Translations under genes and position numbers: made by a program | The notes under the pieces: model-generated | Told to the model about the DNA's origin: nothing | Database searches by the model: none | Seen by the model: the letters and a program-made list of their open reading frames with translations, nothing else | NCBI RefSeq assembly: GCF_001194135.2 | Contig: NC_068985.1 | Coordinates: 78,786,162 to 78,850,161, forward strand | DNA: 64,000 nt | Direction: 5' to 3' | DNA from: Octopus bimaculoides | Lineage: Eukaryota | Shown here: piece after piece, positions 39,254-54,024 of the stretch | Layout of the letters: every line of letters begins with the position of its first letter | Numbering within the stretch: position 1 is the first letter of the stretch

Positions 39254-40738
39254 CAACACCAAACACATACAATATCAAGGTTGCCATTGCAACAATAACA
39301 ATGTCGATATAAACAGTACATCAATGTTATTCATAACGACAATCACAATTGGATAGTTTGATGGTTCTCAGTCATTTGGCAATGAGGATTCAGTTGTTTG
39401 ATCAATGGAAATACCATCTTATGGAATTAATGCTTAATTGGCTGAGCATTTCACAGATGTGTAGACCCTTAATGTTATTCTCAGATAGAATCAGCAAGAT
39501 ACAGTGAGTGACAGGGCTGTATTTTTGAATTACAGGCAAAAACCTGTCTTATAAGTTTCTGTATAATTTCCGTCTACCTAATTTCACTCACAAGCTATGC
39601 ACTGAACAAAGGTTATAGAGAATGACACTTTCCCATGATGCCACACAGTTGAATCAAACCCAAGATCCCAAACACAACAACATTAACTCTTAAGAGTTTT
39701 GTACTACAATTAATTCTTAAGTTTTGAAACTGCACATAGCAGAAATTCATGAAACATTATTGTTTGGGGCCAAAAGTCAAGAACTAGTTTAGCCTCAATT
39801 TAGAAAGAACTTTCCAAGAAAAGATTTCTGTTTACACCATGTGTCANNNNNNNNNNNNNNNNNNNNNNNNNNNNNNNNNNNNGTTTTGTTCTTTTAAAGT
39901 TTATTCAGTGAATTTCTTAGATTATTTTCTTCTTTTGATTTTCAAGTGGTGAGTTTGAATTCAGTGATATTTTAGATAAATGATATATAATTTATTAATA
40001 TTCATTAATGATTTAATTAGAGAAAGAGAGCTTGAACTTAAAAGTAATCAGTGATTCAAGTTATTCTAGCTGGAATTTATATCAGGATTATCAATTTTGA
40101 GCAGGAGTGGTGTGGTTATGTAGTTGATCATTGCATTAGTGATGCACCTGACAAAACTTTGTTAGTGATGCACACCTGACAAAACTGAATGTAGAAGCAA
40201 AAGTCATTCAGTTATTTTCATCAACATAATCTTAGAAATTTGCCAGAATGAGCAATGAGACCACAAGGTATGTACATGAGCCATGTCAAATACTCTGTAA
40301 CAGGATAATACCCTTTGCCTGTCCAAAGCAGTTTCATAAGTTTCCCTTAAACATCCAAACTTGTTTTCAGACCTATAGTTAGCCCTTGCTTCACATGTTC
40401 TGAGTAATATAAAATTTTCCTTTCATAAGTCCAAAGTTACTCTGGTGGTTGAAAAAGTTGGGAATGTGCATCACATATATGATGTATGAATGCCAAGGAA
40501 ATATGACCTGTGTATCCTGGGATACACAGTACAAGCAAAGGGTTCAGGGTACATAGGTCAGTGGAATGCTCAGTCAATTAAACAGCAATTCAACAAAATG
40601 GTGGTTCTAGTGATTGAACAACTAAATTGTCATTGTCAAATAACAGAGAACCATTCACCTACCCACCCATCCAGTTGAAATTGTTGCCATAAATGGTATT
40701 GATATTGTGCTTATATTGACATTATTAATATTCTTGTT

Positions 40739-40880
40739 GGAAGAGGGAGACCCAGGAAGACATGGGATGAAGAATTGAAGGTTGATCTCAAAATGCTGAA
40801 TCTTATAGAGATGACACAGGACCAAGATATGTCACAGATTACTGTATTCAGGAGGACCTGTCAACCACAACAGAATTGAG
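40739..40880 (+). mobile_element. RTE-type LINE extreme 3' coding fragment
   Basis: Translates GRGRPRKTWDEELKVDLKMLNL..MTQDQD, resembling the RTE C-terminal GRP..TW motif. Confidence 0.65.
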
Positions 40881-43800
40881 ATCCTAAAACCAAGGTGCCA
40901 ACTCACTGCCTACTAGGCTGTGAAATTGTTGTGGGTGGTGGTGCCACATAAAAAGAGCCAGTACACACTGTAAAGTGGTTGGGCATCATTACATCATACC
41001 ACCAAGTTTTATCCAAATTCCTGCAATAATTATATTTTTATAATTTATATACTGAACTAACTGCATTCCATCAAAATCTCTGGTTTCTAATAATGGACTG
41101 GAAGATTTATAGATATAACAGTACAAGAAGTGAAAAAATTACTCATAACAATAAAAAGACAGTGCAACAAATACAATAAACAAATACAAACACAATACCC
41201 ACCATCACTGCATAAAAAAGAACAGGTGACTCTACATGGCCATTTGACCTGCTAGAAATAGCAACCAAATCTTTCTCAAATTGAATTCTATTGTTTTATA
41301 AAAGTAAAGGAAGTAGATAATATGTTGTAAAATTATCATTTTGCATTAATTGGTTTGGTTTGAAATAAAGTTCCATGCCCCATGGTCTTTGTAGGGTGTT
41401 TGAGCTTCGTTTGTTATCATTAATGTTCTTCTTGAATGATTAAGAGTCAAGAATTATGGGGAGAAAAGGACTGGATGTTGTGGTGTGTAAAGGGGCTTTG
41501 GGTAGCTGTAGATAAAATGCGTCTAAAAAAAGGATGGGGTAGTCATGACTGGAATGCCTTTCATCGTAAGTTAGCTCAATCCATCAAGGCTGAAATGGAG
41601 TTAAACAATAACTAGAACAAAAAGTACACAAGACACATTTTAAGAAATAATGCAAAATAACTTGCAGAAACAGGGTTGGGTATGTGGTTAAGCAGTTCAC
41701 TGCACAAATGTAGTCCCAGGTTCAGTCCCATTTTGTGGCATTTTGAGCAAAAGTCTTTTATGATAGTCTTAGGTTGACCAATGCCTTGCAAATGAACTTG
41801 GTAGATGGAATATGTGTGGAAGTTCTTTGCATGTGAGTGTGTGTATGCATGTTTCTAAGCCTGTCTTGGTGTAAACACTACAAAGAAAAATCCACGTTTT
41901 GTAACTAGACAGTAGGACGAATAACAAATGCTAAAATAAGTACCAGGCGTAATGGACTACAAACCTTCAGGATAGTGTTCCTGCAAGGCCACACTCCACT
42001 GAATGAAACACATAAAAGCATATAAGAGAAAAAGAGTAACTAGTTCTTCCTCCTCCTCCTCCTCCTCAACCACCACCACCACCAGCCAGAAGGATATAAT
42101 TATTATTGGTTTAGTATATCTATCTACCTTAATAATGGTCCTATCACATTTCTTCTTTTTGCCCTTAATTTTACAATGGCTATTTTCTGGTTAAGGATAA
42201 GAAGGACACTCAACCTTGAATAATAAGATAAGAGATAAAGATCCTTCCCAAGACGTACAGACTCATAGGCCAGTTTCTCAGTTTCGATGGTACATATATC
42301 TTCTCCTTGGATAGGACACCAGTCAGTTTCAGGATTACTCATTTTTGCCAGCTGAATGAACTGAAGCAACATGAAGTGTTTGCTCAAGAACACGTTTCAC
42401 TTGGTCCAGGAATCAAAACCACAATCTTACACTCATGATTTTAACACCCTAACCACTAAGTCATGCGCCCCCACTCAACCTTTAATGAGAACCTAATTTC
42501 CATGTGAGCAACTGAACGAAGGATAAAAAACACTTCAATTTCACATTTTGCTAAATATATGTGACAATTGTCCATCTATCTATTTACTAATACTAAGATT
42601 AGTAAATGTTTTTTTTTTCCCGTAACTATTGTAAGTGGCCAAAGGAATAACAAGATAATTAAATTTCTTTCTACTTTGGGATAAAAGTTGAACTTATCAG
42701 TCATAAGTACAAGTTCAAAGATAATTTCCCCAGTTTGTTCTAAAAACTTTTTCACCAAAATGCTTCGAAATTACCACTAAGAAGACNNNNNNNNNNNNNN
42801 NNNNNNNNNNNNNNNNNNNNNNNNNNNNNNNNNNNNNNNNNNNNNNNNNNNNNNNNNNNNNNNNNNNNNNNNNNNNNNNNATATATATATATATATATAC
42901 ATACACACACACAGATATAAATACATACAAACATATATATTCTGCCTGTTTACATATTTAACTATAAAGACACTTTTATTTTCTTATTGTTTACATTCTT
43001 ATCTATGAAATACACTTTATATTTTATCTTGTTTACACATGTCTATGAATATATTATAAATTCTGTTTGTTTACAAAAATATTTGCAGAAATAAAAACGA
43101 AATTTAAATAAAATTTACAACTCATAAAATTGAGTCTGATAAGTTAGAAGGTTAATTTAAAAGAGATCTTTTTTTACAGTTTTATAAGCAAACATTCCAG
43201 GTGTTGAGTAGTATTTGTATTTAATGAAACTAAGCCAAATGATGTTCTCAGTTCAAATTCTGCTGAGATCAACTTAGCTTTCTTCCTTATAGGGTTGATA
43301 AAATTATCAGTTGAGCTCTAGGGTTGACTAACTCTGTCCTCTCAAAGCTGCTAGCTTTGAGCCAAAATTTGAAGCCATTAATAAGAGAAATGGATAAAAA
43401 TTATTTTGAGTGTGGCCATGCAGGAACACCAACCAGAAGGTTTGTAGTCCATTGTGCCTGGTACTTATTTTAGCAATCACTATTCGTCCCACTACCAAAT
43501 TTAAAAGACAGATTTTCTTTTCACCAAGACAGGCATAAAAACAGATACATAAATTCACACACAAAGGACTTCCATGCAGATTCCATCTACCATGTTCATT
43601 TGCAAGGCATTGGTCAATCTAAGACTATCATAAAAGACTTTTGCTCAAAATGTCACAAAGTGGGACTGAACCTGAGACTACATGTTTGTGAAGTGAACTG
43701 CTTAACCACACACCCAAGCCTGTTCCTGCAAGTTATTTTGCATTATTTCTTAAGATATGTGTATTGTGTACTTTTGGTCTTTTTCCTCTTAGTTATTGTT

Positions 43801-44112
43801 TAATTCTTGTTCAGCTTGGGTATGTCAGCTTGAGTACCATTGTTTTACATACCGAAATGTCCCATATCCTAAAACGGTGATTCCAAAACCTTTTTATATA
43901 TTTGTGCTCCAGCATAGCCACAGCCTTTATGCTGAAATGTATAAAAGAATATATCAGGTGTGGCTGTGTGGTAAGGAGCTTGCTTCCCAACTACATGGTT
44001 CCAGGTTCAGTCCCTCTGTGTGGCACCTTGGGCAAGTGTCTTCTACTATAGACTTGGGCCGTCCAAAGCCTTATAAGTGAATTTGGTAGACGGACACTGA
44101 AAGAAGCATGTC

Positions 44113-44148
<36 letters not shown>

Positions 44149-45129
44149 CTTTGTGTTTATGTCTCCATAACTTGACAGTTTGGCAAAAGATCGATAAAAT
44201 AAGTACCAGGCTTAAAATTAAAAAAAGTACTGGCGTTGATTCATTTGACTAAAAATTCTTCAAAAGTGCCCCAGCATGGCTGCAGACTGAAACAAGTAAA
44301 ACATAAGAGACATGTGTGTGTGTTTGTATATTTCTGTCTCCTTACTGTGACTTCATGTGATAGTCATAAACAAATTTTACTGACATGCAGGTAGTGTCCT
44401 TCATTTCCAATCTTCTGCGAAACATGTCTGATCATAAGGAATATTATCTGACTTGGAAACAGGTGAGGGTTGGTGACAGGAAGTGCATCTGGCTATTGAA
44501 AATCTGCCTCACCAAATTCTGTCCAACTCATGCAAGCATGGAAAAGTGAACATTAAAATGCCAATGTCACCAACAATGATGACCTACCAGAAAATCTATA
44601 TTTCTAGTTTCAATGAAGAAAACTTTTCTTCTCAGAGGCCCTGAAAAGTAAAGGGCTTTGCATGTTGCCCTTTCACTAAATGGTGAAAAAAGTTTCTAAA
44701 ATGTATTTATATATTTTAACCTATAGATGTAATTCAAGCTAGCAATGCAACATATAACCAACTCACAAACTAGTACAACTTGGTAGTATGCATCATGCTT
44801 TTACTAATTGTTTTAGGTATCTATGTAACCACCTATAGATACAGGTGCCCTCCTGACCAAGCAGAATATCTATTATGTGATACAAGAGAGAGAGAGAGAG
44901 AGAAAGAAAGAGAGAGATGCACTGGTATTAGGCTGAGCAGACTGGAACAACATGAAATGAAATGTCTTGTTCAACAATACAACACATCACCCAGCCAAGG
45001 AATTGAACCTACTACTTTATGATTGGGATCTGAACACTCTACATTACTAGGCCATGCATCTTCACTAATTTAAACTACAGAAACGTTTTACATACTCATT
45101 TCTTTACTTAAATAACTGTAAAAGAATTA

Positions 45130-46420
45130 GAAAGCATATAGCATTCCCCTGACTTCTACCCCAAGTCTGGTCAACTTTGCCTTTCGTTTTCCTAAGGTTG
45201 ATGAAATATATACCAGTCAAGCAAAGGGACCAATGCAAACTTACACCCTCCCACCAAAATTTCAGGCCTTTTGTCTATAGTAAAAAGAATTATCATTAAT
45301 ATTATTATTATTATTTATTATAATCACCATCATTATTTTTAAGGCAGCAAGCAGGCAGTATCATTAGCATACCAGGCAAAATGCTTAGCAGTATTTCATC
45401 CATCGCTACGTTCTCAGTTCAAATTCCACCGAGGTCGACTTTGCCTTTCATCCTTTCGGGGTCAATAAATTAAGTTTCTTACCAGTTGCTTACTGGAGTC
45501 AATCTAATCGACTGACCCCCTCCCCAAAAATTTTGGGTCTTGTGCCTAGAGTAGAAAAGATTATTTCAGAGTCAATAAAATAAGTACCAGTTGAGTACTG
45601 GGGTTGGTGTAATCGACTATGCCCCTCCTCCAAATTTTGGGCCTTGTGCTTGTAATAGAAAGGATTATTATGATGATGATGAACATGATCATTGAGGTGG
45701 TAAACTGGCAGAATTGTTAGTACGCCAGGCAAAATGCTTAGCGGCACTTTGCCTGTCCTTACATTCTGAATTCAAATTCTGCCAAGGTTGACTTTGCTTT
45801 TCATCCTTTCAGGGTTGATGAAATAAGCAGCAGTTACACACTGGGGTCGATGTAATCAACTAGCTCCCTCCCCACAAAACTTGTGCCTATAGTAGAAAGG
45901 ATTATTATTATCCTGATCATGATTAAAGCAGTGAGCTCACACAATTGTCAGCATGCCAGGCAAAATGCTTAAGGAATTTCATCTATCTTTACATTCTGAG
46001 TTCAAATTCTACCAAGGCTGACTGCCTATGATCCTTTTGGAGTTGATAAAATAAGTACCAGTTGAACACTAGGGTCAATGCATGATCATTAGCCAGACAA
46101 AATGCTTAGCAGTATATTGTCTTTACATTTTGAGTTCAAATTCAACCAAGCTTGACGTTGCCTTTCATTCTTTTGTGTGATCAATAAAGTAGGCACCAGC
46201 TAAACAATGGGGTTGATGTAATCAACTAACTTCTCACCCCTAAATTTCAGGCCTTGTGCCTATAGTATAAAGAATTACTACTATTATTAAGTTGACTTTG
46301 CCTTTCATCCATTTGGGGGTCAATAAAGTATGTACCAGTTAAGTACTGGGGTTAATATAATCTACTAGCCTCCCCACTCTCCTAAAATACTTCAAACTTT
46401 GTGTCTATTGTAGAAAAGGC
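45130..46420 (+). mobile_element. Cluster of ~7 head-to-tail Meta-type SINEs, plus strand
   Basis: Includes well-preserved copies at about 45340-45560 and 45695-45910 (ttctgaattcaaattctgccaaggttgactttgcttttcatcctttcagggttgatgaaataag). Confidence 0.8.
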
Positions 46421-46499
46421 TGCTGTTGTTGTTGGTATTTTACTATTATTGGTGGTAGTGGCAGTAGCAGTAGTAGTAGTAGTATCTCTTTGTGTCTGT

Positions 46500-47030
46500 A
46501 TAGACCATGCACGTGTTGATTGACTTACTAGATTATGAAAACGATGTTTCTTTCCAACCAGTTCCGAAGACTTCAGACAGAAAGTGCTTTTCTTTCAATA
46601 TTAACAGTTCCAAGCAATGTAGATTTTGGTCTGAAGTTGATGCTTATTTTTATTTGAAGTTGTTTGAAGTAGAGTGGAAACTATTGGTAAATTAAGCCTA
46701 GAGCCTATTATTGATATCATGCTTGTTATCTTCACATTCTTGAGAACACTAACCTAAGTTGGAAGTACTTAACAAATATCTTTAAATTCCTTTTGGGCAG
46801 TATTTATGGTCTCTAGGTATAGTAATATTCATTAAAATCCATTAGTGCTTCCTTATCAAAATCCACACTATCAGATATTTTTATTTAACTTTCATGGCCC
46901 CAAAATTATTTCATATATATACTGCAATTAGTATGTTTCTATGAGCCAATCACTGGTCTTCTGGGGTGTATCATAAGGGAGTGTTTGTAAATTGGTGTCA
47001 AACAAACACCACAAAGGACTTTATTTGAAG
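46500..47030 (-). mobile_element. Possible highly decayed RTE-like reverse-transcriptase fragment
   Basis: Faint minus-strand traces of GC.LSP-, D.DD- and YLGS..S-like segments; no intact frame. Confidence 0.3.
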
Positions 47031-48239
47031 AACACTTGTATTTTTTTTCTAGTTGTCTACTTCCTTCATTGGTATATAAAATGAGAAAATATATGCACAT
47101 GTATATACATACACATCCTTTTTGGTACGGAAATGGTGAGTTCCAGAAAATATTTTTGTAATGTGGAGTTCTGTTACGAGAAACCTGTTTTCACATTGAC
47201 TCTCATATTAAGCGGAAGTTACTGAACACAGAACTCAAAGAGAAATGTATTTCCTGCCATAGAACTCCACAATTTTCATAAATGCAATGTATCCATGCGT
47301 AAGGAATGGGTCAGTGTGTGTGTATGACTGTGTGCACATGCATAGTTCATTGCATTTGTCCATAAGAAGGTTTACAAAAATGAAATAAAGAACTCAGTAC
47401 TTCAGGAAAAGCAGTAGTTTTACAAAGTTAAATCTGTTTTGATTCTTAGAGAATTCGAACACAAATTTAGGATAACATTTCTCTTAAATTTAGGATAACA
47501 TTTCTTCTAAAATGTGAGTAGCTATGTAGCTTCTCTGGAGCATGAAACCTTTCTGCTCTGGCTCCTTCTGTCATATTTAAAAACCCTGATATCATAGCAT
47601 AAAGCTACCTCTCAGAGGGTTCATAGTTTTGCAAGCTGCATGGAAACCTCACTTGTGCTGACGGAATGTGGTGGTGGTGGTGGGGGGAAGAACAGTCAGT
47701 ATGTACTGCCAAGCAGTCGGCATTAAGAAGGGTATCCAGCCATAGAAATCATGCCAAAGTAGACAGTGGCACACAATGCTGTCCTTGGACCCATCAGTTT
47801 CTCTTGTCAAACTGACCAACTCATACCAGTATGGAACATGAATGTTAAATGATGATGATGATGACAGCGTATGTTTGGGTATGGGTGCACACATGCATTT
47901 GAAAATAGGTTTCCACAATTTACATCTGTGTGAGATCCACTAACAAGATCTTGGCCAACCAAAGGTTATGGAAGAAGACACTTGCCCAAAGTGCTATGTA
48001 GTGGGATTAAACCTGTAACTATATGGTTGTGGAGAGAATGTTTCACCCAAGACAAAGATTGGGATGCATTTTGATAAAGAAAGCAATTGTATTCCTTTCA
48101 GGTATTAGGAAGGGCATCCAACCGTAGAAACCATGCCAAATCAGACTGGAGTTTGGTACCGCCTTCCAGCTTGCCAGCATGGACAATGAACGTTAAATGA
48201 TGATGATGAAAGTGGGTTACACTCACTGTCTTCTCTCTA

Positions 48240-49060
48240 TAAATTCAATATTGGTTAGACTTTCCAACTTAGAAGATTGTATTGAGAATTTTGTCTTTAG
48301 AATCATTTGTAGAGAAGGTGAGGAAGTGTACTAAAACACTGTTTCTTTGATTTGTGGAGTGATTTTTCTTAGGACTGTTGAAGTACACTAGTTTGCTGTA
48401 TTCTATTGGAAGACAATTACATTGCTTCTTTTCTTAGAAGCACATTGCTTCTATTCTTAGAAGCAGAATATATCTAGTCCATGTTTCTGGAAGCAAAGCT
48501 GGTCTGATAAAAGTGTCTAGTTTGTTTGTAGATGATATCTGTGTGTGTTTAAAGTTGATGAGAAGTGAAGAATGACATCATATGGATAGGAGTACATTGA
48601 TGTTTCTTAACTCTGAAGGAGCTGCAATAGCAGAAGAAGACATAAAAGGAGGACACAATACCTATGTATGCTAGTGGTTATTGATGAAGGAAGATTTGCC
48701 AATCAGTCAGATGGATTTTGCTTAAGTTGTGGTCTTGAATGTTTGTGTTTATGTAGTTACAGTTTCATCAAAGATAAACAAAGCTGTACTCTATCCACGA
48801 AAGGTGCTGTTTTATCTTGTATAAGCATAGTAGATATTCAAAGTCAAAGCGGTTTCCTCTTTGAAGAGAAAACCTGTTCTTTGAGATGTAGTTTTGTTTA
48901 TGGGGTCATCATGAGAAATGATTAATCATCAGAGATTGACAAGTTTAACATTTGTAAATTTTGTAAAGGTTTTAGTTTTGCGTCGTTGAAGAACTGGTAG
49001 TCTGAGGTAGCATGTTTTCTTGTTCATGAGGAGGTATATGAAGCAGTAACTGTTAAATGT
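48240..49060 (-). mobile_element. Decayed CR1-like LINE 3' portion
   Basis: Minus-strand traces of IYKAQIRP.LEY-, Y..CSSEL- and FFPRT-like motifs; heavily mutated. Confidence 0.45.
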
Positions 49061-52000
49061 CTTATTCAAGGACACTGCACCACTGCTAACAACAAAAATA
49101 TGAAGAGTGACTCAGCTAATAACTTAATAACACTAGTTGAGTCATATCATTTGCATGTGAGATTTTTTTTTTTAACTATAATTCAGTTTTAGGTTGTTAT
49201 AGAAGTTTACTGGAGTAAAAAAAAGATAAAAAAAGGAAGAGAATAGGATGGTAGAAAAGAAGATGGAAAAGAGTAAAGATGGAAAGAAAAGCAGAAAGAA
49301 ATGAAATGAAAGCAAAAAAGGAAATGAGATACAATATGGAGTTTAGAAAAGTTAGAAAAGAAACAGAAATTGAAGGAAGACTAGACAGATATAAGCTTGG
49401 TTGCAGATTACGTTACTTTTCAGGATTGCATGCAATTATATTTTTTAATTTGAGCAACTTAAAATATTCTGGAGTGTCAATCTATCATTATTCTATTCAA
49501 TTTGAAAATTTACATTAATATTTTTGGCCAATCAGTAACATTCATACACATTAAATGGAATTTGTTTTGTCATATTCTTAGATACTTTGATTGTTATTGT
49601 GTTATGAAAGCTCAATCTTGGAAAAATAAATCATCGAGAAACTATAATTACAAAAGAATTAAATGACTTGATACAAAAATACACCAATGTAGTTCATAAA
49701 AGTAATACATAAACTATGAAGAGCAAGTTAGGTGAAATTACACAAACCTACTTTCTGCTGGAATTTATGGCATTATTGATCATTTATCACTGTTTTCATC
49801 ATACAATAACTGTTACAGCACTACCAATTACATTACATCTTCTGAAAAAATTGCTCAGGCAATCATTACACAAGTCTATTGATATTTTAGAATATTTTTT
49901 TCATAAATTCAATAAAAAATTTCAATATTGTTTGATATTAATTTTAAACTCTAAAATATTTTGATAATTATAAATAATTAATATATTGTAATGGTATTCA
50001 CATATGTTACGGAATGATTGTATCCAGGATTAAACAGAGGCATTCATGCACTTTTTGGCAAATGCTTGACTGTAAAGTTAGGTTTTACCAGTAATGGTGT
50101 ATGGCAGGTTTTATTAATAAATTTATAATAGCACTAACATACTGTCATAAAGATAGTATGGAGCGGGGCTACTGTTTTCTATGTAAACCTTTTTTAACCT
50201 GTGAATAGATGTGTATCTGGCTGCTATTTCTAACCACAAAGAAGTTCCTTGGTATAATAAAGTGAACTTGGGCATAGTTAGCAGAGAAAAAGTCTAAACA
50301 AAATACTTTTTGATAAATCTTTGTTAATCTAAGACTATACCTATTTATACAATAAGTAGTCCAATTTTTTGGTTTAGATCCTGGATAATGGATCCACAAT
50401 TTTCAAACTAGGATAGATAAAACAAATAGGATAGGAATAAAATATTGTATAAAGTGTGCCATGATGAAATATAAAGTCATAGAACCAATTTAACAAAGCA
50501 TGTTTCTTCAGCTAAACATAAAAAAGAAATGTAATAATTCACAACAAATATTCAAAGCAGGTTTTCCAGTAACACAATACCAAAATTAGAACAACAATTA
50601 GCAACATTTGCAGATTGTCGTGTAAGAAGAAATTAGCATCAATTGCAATATGAAACCCTAAAGAACAAAATACAGTGCACTTCTTTATTGGGGAAGATTT
50701 TCTATGGCAGGATGCCCTTCCTGTTGCCAACCTTCACTTGCAGCTCAATGGCTAGGAATATTTACGCAGAATACTTGAAAAGAACGACACTGGTTGTATG
50801 ACAGTGACTCAACTATCATGCAATGTCATGGCAAGGAGTCATCAACATACATGCATATACATGCCGCCATCACCACCACCAACAACCACCCACTTTACCA
50901 CGTTTGTATGGTTCTGAGAATTTTATGAAGTAGATTTTCTACAACTAGATGCTCTTCCTGTCACCAACCCTTACCAGTTTCCAAGCAAGGTAATATTTCC
51001 CCATTGGCCAGACAGGATTTTGCAAAATATTGGAAATGACTGACATTGCTTCTATGACAGTGATCCACATTTACAACTATCACACATCAAGAAAAGGAGA
51101 CACAAACATGCATGCACACACATACACATCATCATTATTGTTTTAACATCCATTTTCCATGCTTGCATGGATCAGGTGGAATTTGTTCAGCTAGATTTTC
51201 TGACTGGATGCCCTTCCTACTGCCAAGGCTTACTTGTTTCCTGGCAAGGTAATATAGCCAAGCATGTTTTTCAAAGAAGATTAGAAATGAACATCACCTG
51301 TATGATGATGGTGTGTTTACAACCATGACATGATGTCAAGACAAAGGTACACATACACAAACATACACACAATGGCAAAGTTAGGTAAATTTACCTTCTC
51401 GAATCATACCAACTCACAAGGGCCAGTTTGCTGGTTTTATGACATATATATTCCCCACCTGGATGGGATGTCGGTCTATTGCCAAATTACTCATTTTTTC
51501 CAGCTGAGTGGACTGGAGCAATGTGAAATGAAATGTTTTGCTCAAGAACACATCACATGGTTCAGGAATTGAAACCACAATCTTACTATCATGAGTCCAG
51601 CACCCTAACCACTATGCCACAAGCCTCCACTATACACACAATGGGCTTCTTTCAGTTTTTGTCTTCCAAACGCTCAAGGCATTTTTTTTGCTCAGCCAGG
51701 GGCTATAAAACAAGAAAATTGCCCCAGGTGTTGTCCAATGGGATTGAAACCTAAAACCATGTGGTTGGGAAGCAATCTTCTTAATCACACAGCCATGCTT
51801 GTGCATTTTTATCATATATAAGCATGAACATAATATATTTAGATACATTTGTTTGCGTGTTGCATACCTTTCTTGATATCTAAGGACAACAGATTAATGT
51901 CTCACATAGGACTATAAATACAATAGATATAGCAAGTGTTAAATTTGATTTTATAGTCGAATGTCTTCATTTTCATCTCATCACACACGGAAATTGATAC

Positions 52001-52149
52001 TTCAAAGGTATTTAGTCTCTTGATTTGCTCTGTTAATTCCATTACTAAAATATCTTACCATAACTGCAATGATGTCACATATTCTCTTTTCAATATTTTT
52101 CATATATAAACATATGCTGTTTAAATAAATATATATATATGCACAAACA

Positions 52150-53414
52150 CAGAGGGTGCGATGGGTAAATTGTTGCTGTTTTATAATTTCAATTTTGTGC
52201 ATGCGCATTGTTTGTTTTTGATTTTGTTGACTACAGTATAGTAAGGTCAATCGGGCACCATCTGTGAGAAAAACAGCACCATGATGCAATTCACTCTGCT
52301 AGAAATTTGGAAACGGCATGTTGTACTGCTTGGCATTCATGCTGGAAGCTCCAATACAAACGTTTCAGAATGTTCGGGTGTCAATTTGAGGACAGTGCAG
52401 AGAATTCGGAAAGATTTGGATGAGTCTAATGGAAAACTCATTCTAATTGTTCTGATTAAGAAACGAACTCCTGAATTTGTTGGTGAGATCCAGACCATGA
52501 TTGACAACAATTCCTCCATGTCAATCAGGTCCATTCCCAGGGACATGGAAATGTCTGAGTTTATTATCAGGCAAGTAGTGCATGAAGACATTTGGTATTC
52601 CTCATACAACATGAGAAAGGGCCAATTTTTATCCCAAGCCATCAAGGACAAGAGGAAAGACCATGCTACAAAGCTTTTGAACAAACTCAAGCATCCCCTC
52701 CAACTGAACATGCTTTGGTTTTTCTCAGATGAGAAAAATTTCTGCCAGGATCAGATGCTGAACACACAGAACAACTGTTAGCTTGCCGTACCCCCAAAAC
52801 ATGTACCGAGAGTGGTAAAAAATCAAACATTCAGCCAACATCATGGTGTTTGGAGAGATCACGAGTGATGATGATGTCATGCCTCCATTCATCTTTCCAC
52901 ACAGCCCAAGACTCAATATGGAAGCCTACATCAAATGCCTAGAGGAGGTAGTGCTGCTCTGGGTGCTGGAAGACTCTTTCTCTGGCAACAAGACTCTGCA
53001 TTATGTAACACAACCAAGAGAACCCAGTCATGGCTGTCAGTCAATTTCTGTGACCACACCACCCCACTCCTAACATCTGGCCACCTAACATGCCAAACTG
53101 CAACCCCCTTGATTATTATGTGTGGGGTGCAGTTGAGCAAGAGATCAACAAAATTCCTTGTAACACCAAAGATGAACTGAAGGTAAGGATTATGGCAGCA
53201 TTCACCAACTTAAACATGGAGACAGTCCAGAAAAGTTGCAGGAGATTCCGAAGTAGTCTAGAGACCATGGTTGAAGCTAATGGCAATTTTATTGAATAAA
53301 TTTACTCTTTAGTACTTCAAGATATTTTTATGTAATTTTGGTAACTATATCTGTTACAATGAGGTGTTAGCGCTATTTTCATTCTTGCATAATTCAGACG
53401 ACAATTTATTCACC
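52150..53414 (+). mobile_element. Tc1/mariner superfamily DD37D (maT-type) transposon, degenerate; transposase remnant 52281-53299
   Basis: Motifs WFFSDEK, QQDS, WPPN.P.CNPLDY. D2-D3 spacing is 37 after removing a 4-bp insertion near 53066. Left TIR gagggtgcgatgggtaaattgttg is matched by gacgacaatttattcacc at 53397-53414, which runs into a gap. Confidence 0.85.
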
Positions 53415-53424
53415 NNNNNNNNNN

Positions 53425-53475
<51 letters not shown>

Positions 53476-54024
53476 GGATAACAGACAAAAATCTGAGAAA
53501 TTAGTTAAATCAGCAGTACAGAATAAAATAGATCTCATTGTATATACAGCTGAGCCGTACATATACGATTAGTTAAGGATAGTTAATAAAAGATGCAAGC
53601 TCATGCATATTAAAACTACTGAGGCCATAAAATTAAAATAAATGAACAGATAGTCATAGTTACACAACATGCTTCTTTCATTTTCTGTCTATCAAATCCA
53701 TTCACAAGGTTTTGGTCAAGCCTGAGTATATAGTATAAGACATTTGCCCAAGGTACTACATAGTGGGAATGATCATTTGGAATCAGGTGGTTTGGAAGCA
53801 AGATTTTCAACCACACAGCTACTCCTGTGGCTGTGTGTGATGTATGTATCTTTAGCCAAATGCAGGTCAGCATATTTAAGTAATGAGCCAAAAATGATTT
53901 TTAACTAAAATTACCTTGCTGCTTAATGTTAAAAATAGTTAAGGGAGATATGTAAAATACAAATTTTAATGAGTTTGGGAGGAGCAGGGAGAGTGTGCCT
54001 GATCACCGGTAGCCATGGTGACAA

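Noticed and set aside
50169-50399. Protein-looking minus-strand ORF (KNWTTYC...) with possible splice sites 50380-50199
   Set aside because: Its 3' part matches a decayed repeat (agaaatagcagcca.at) seen elsewhere in the window, and the better acceptor puts a stop in frame.
54009-54022. RFX X-box-like word GTAGCCATGGTGAC
   Set aside because: It abuts the hammerhead motif and is probably part of that repeat; there is no promoter evidence.
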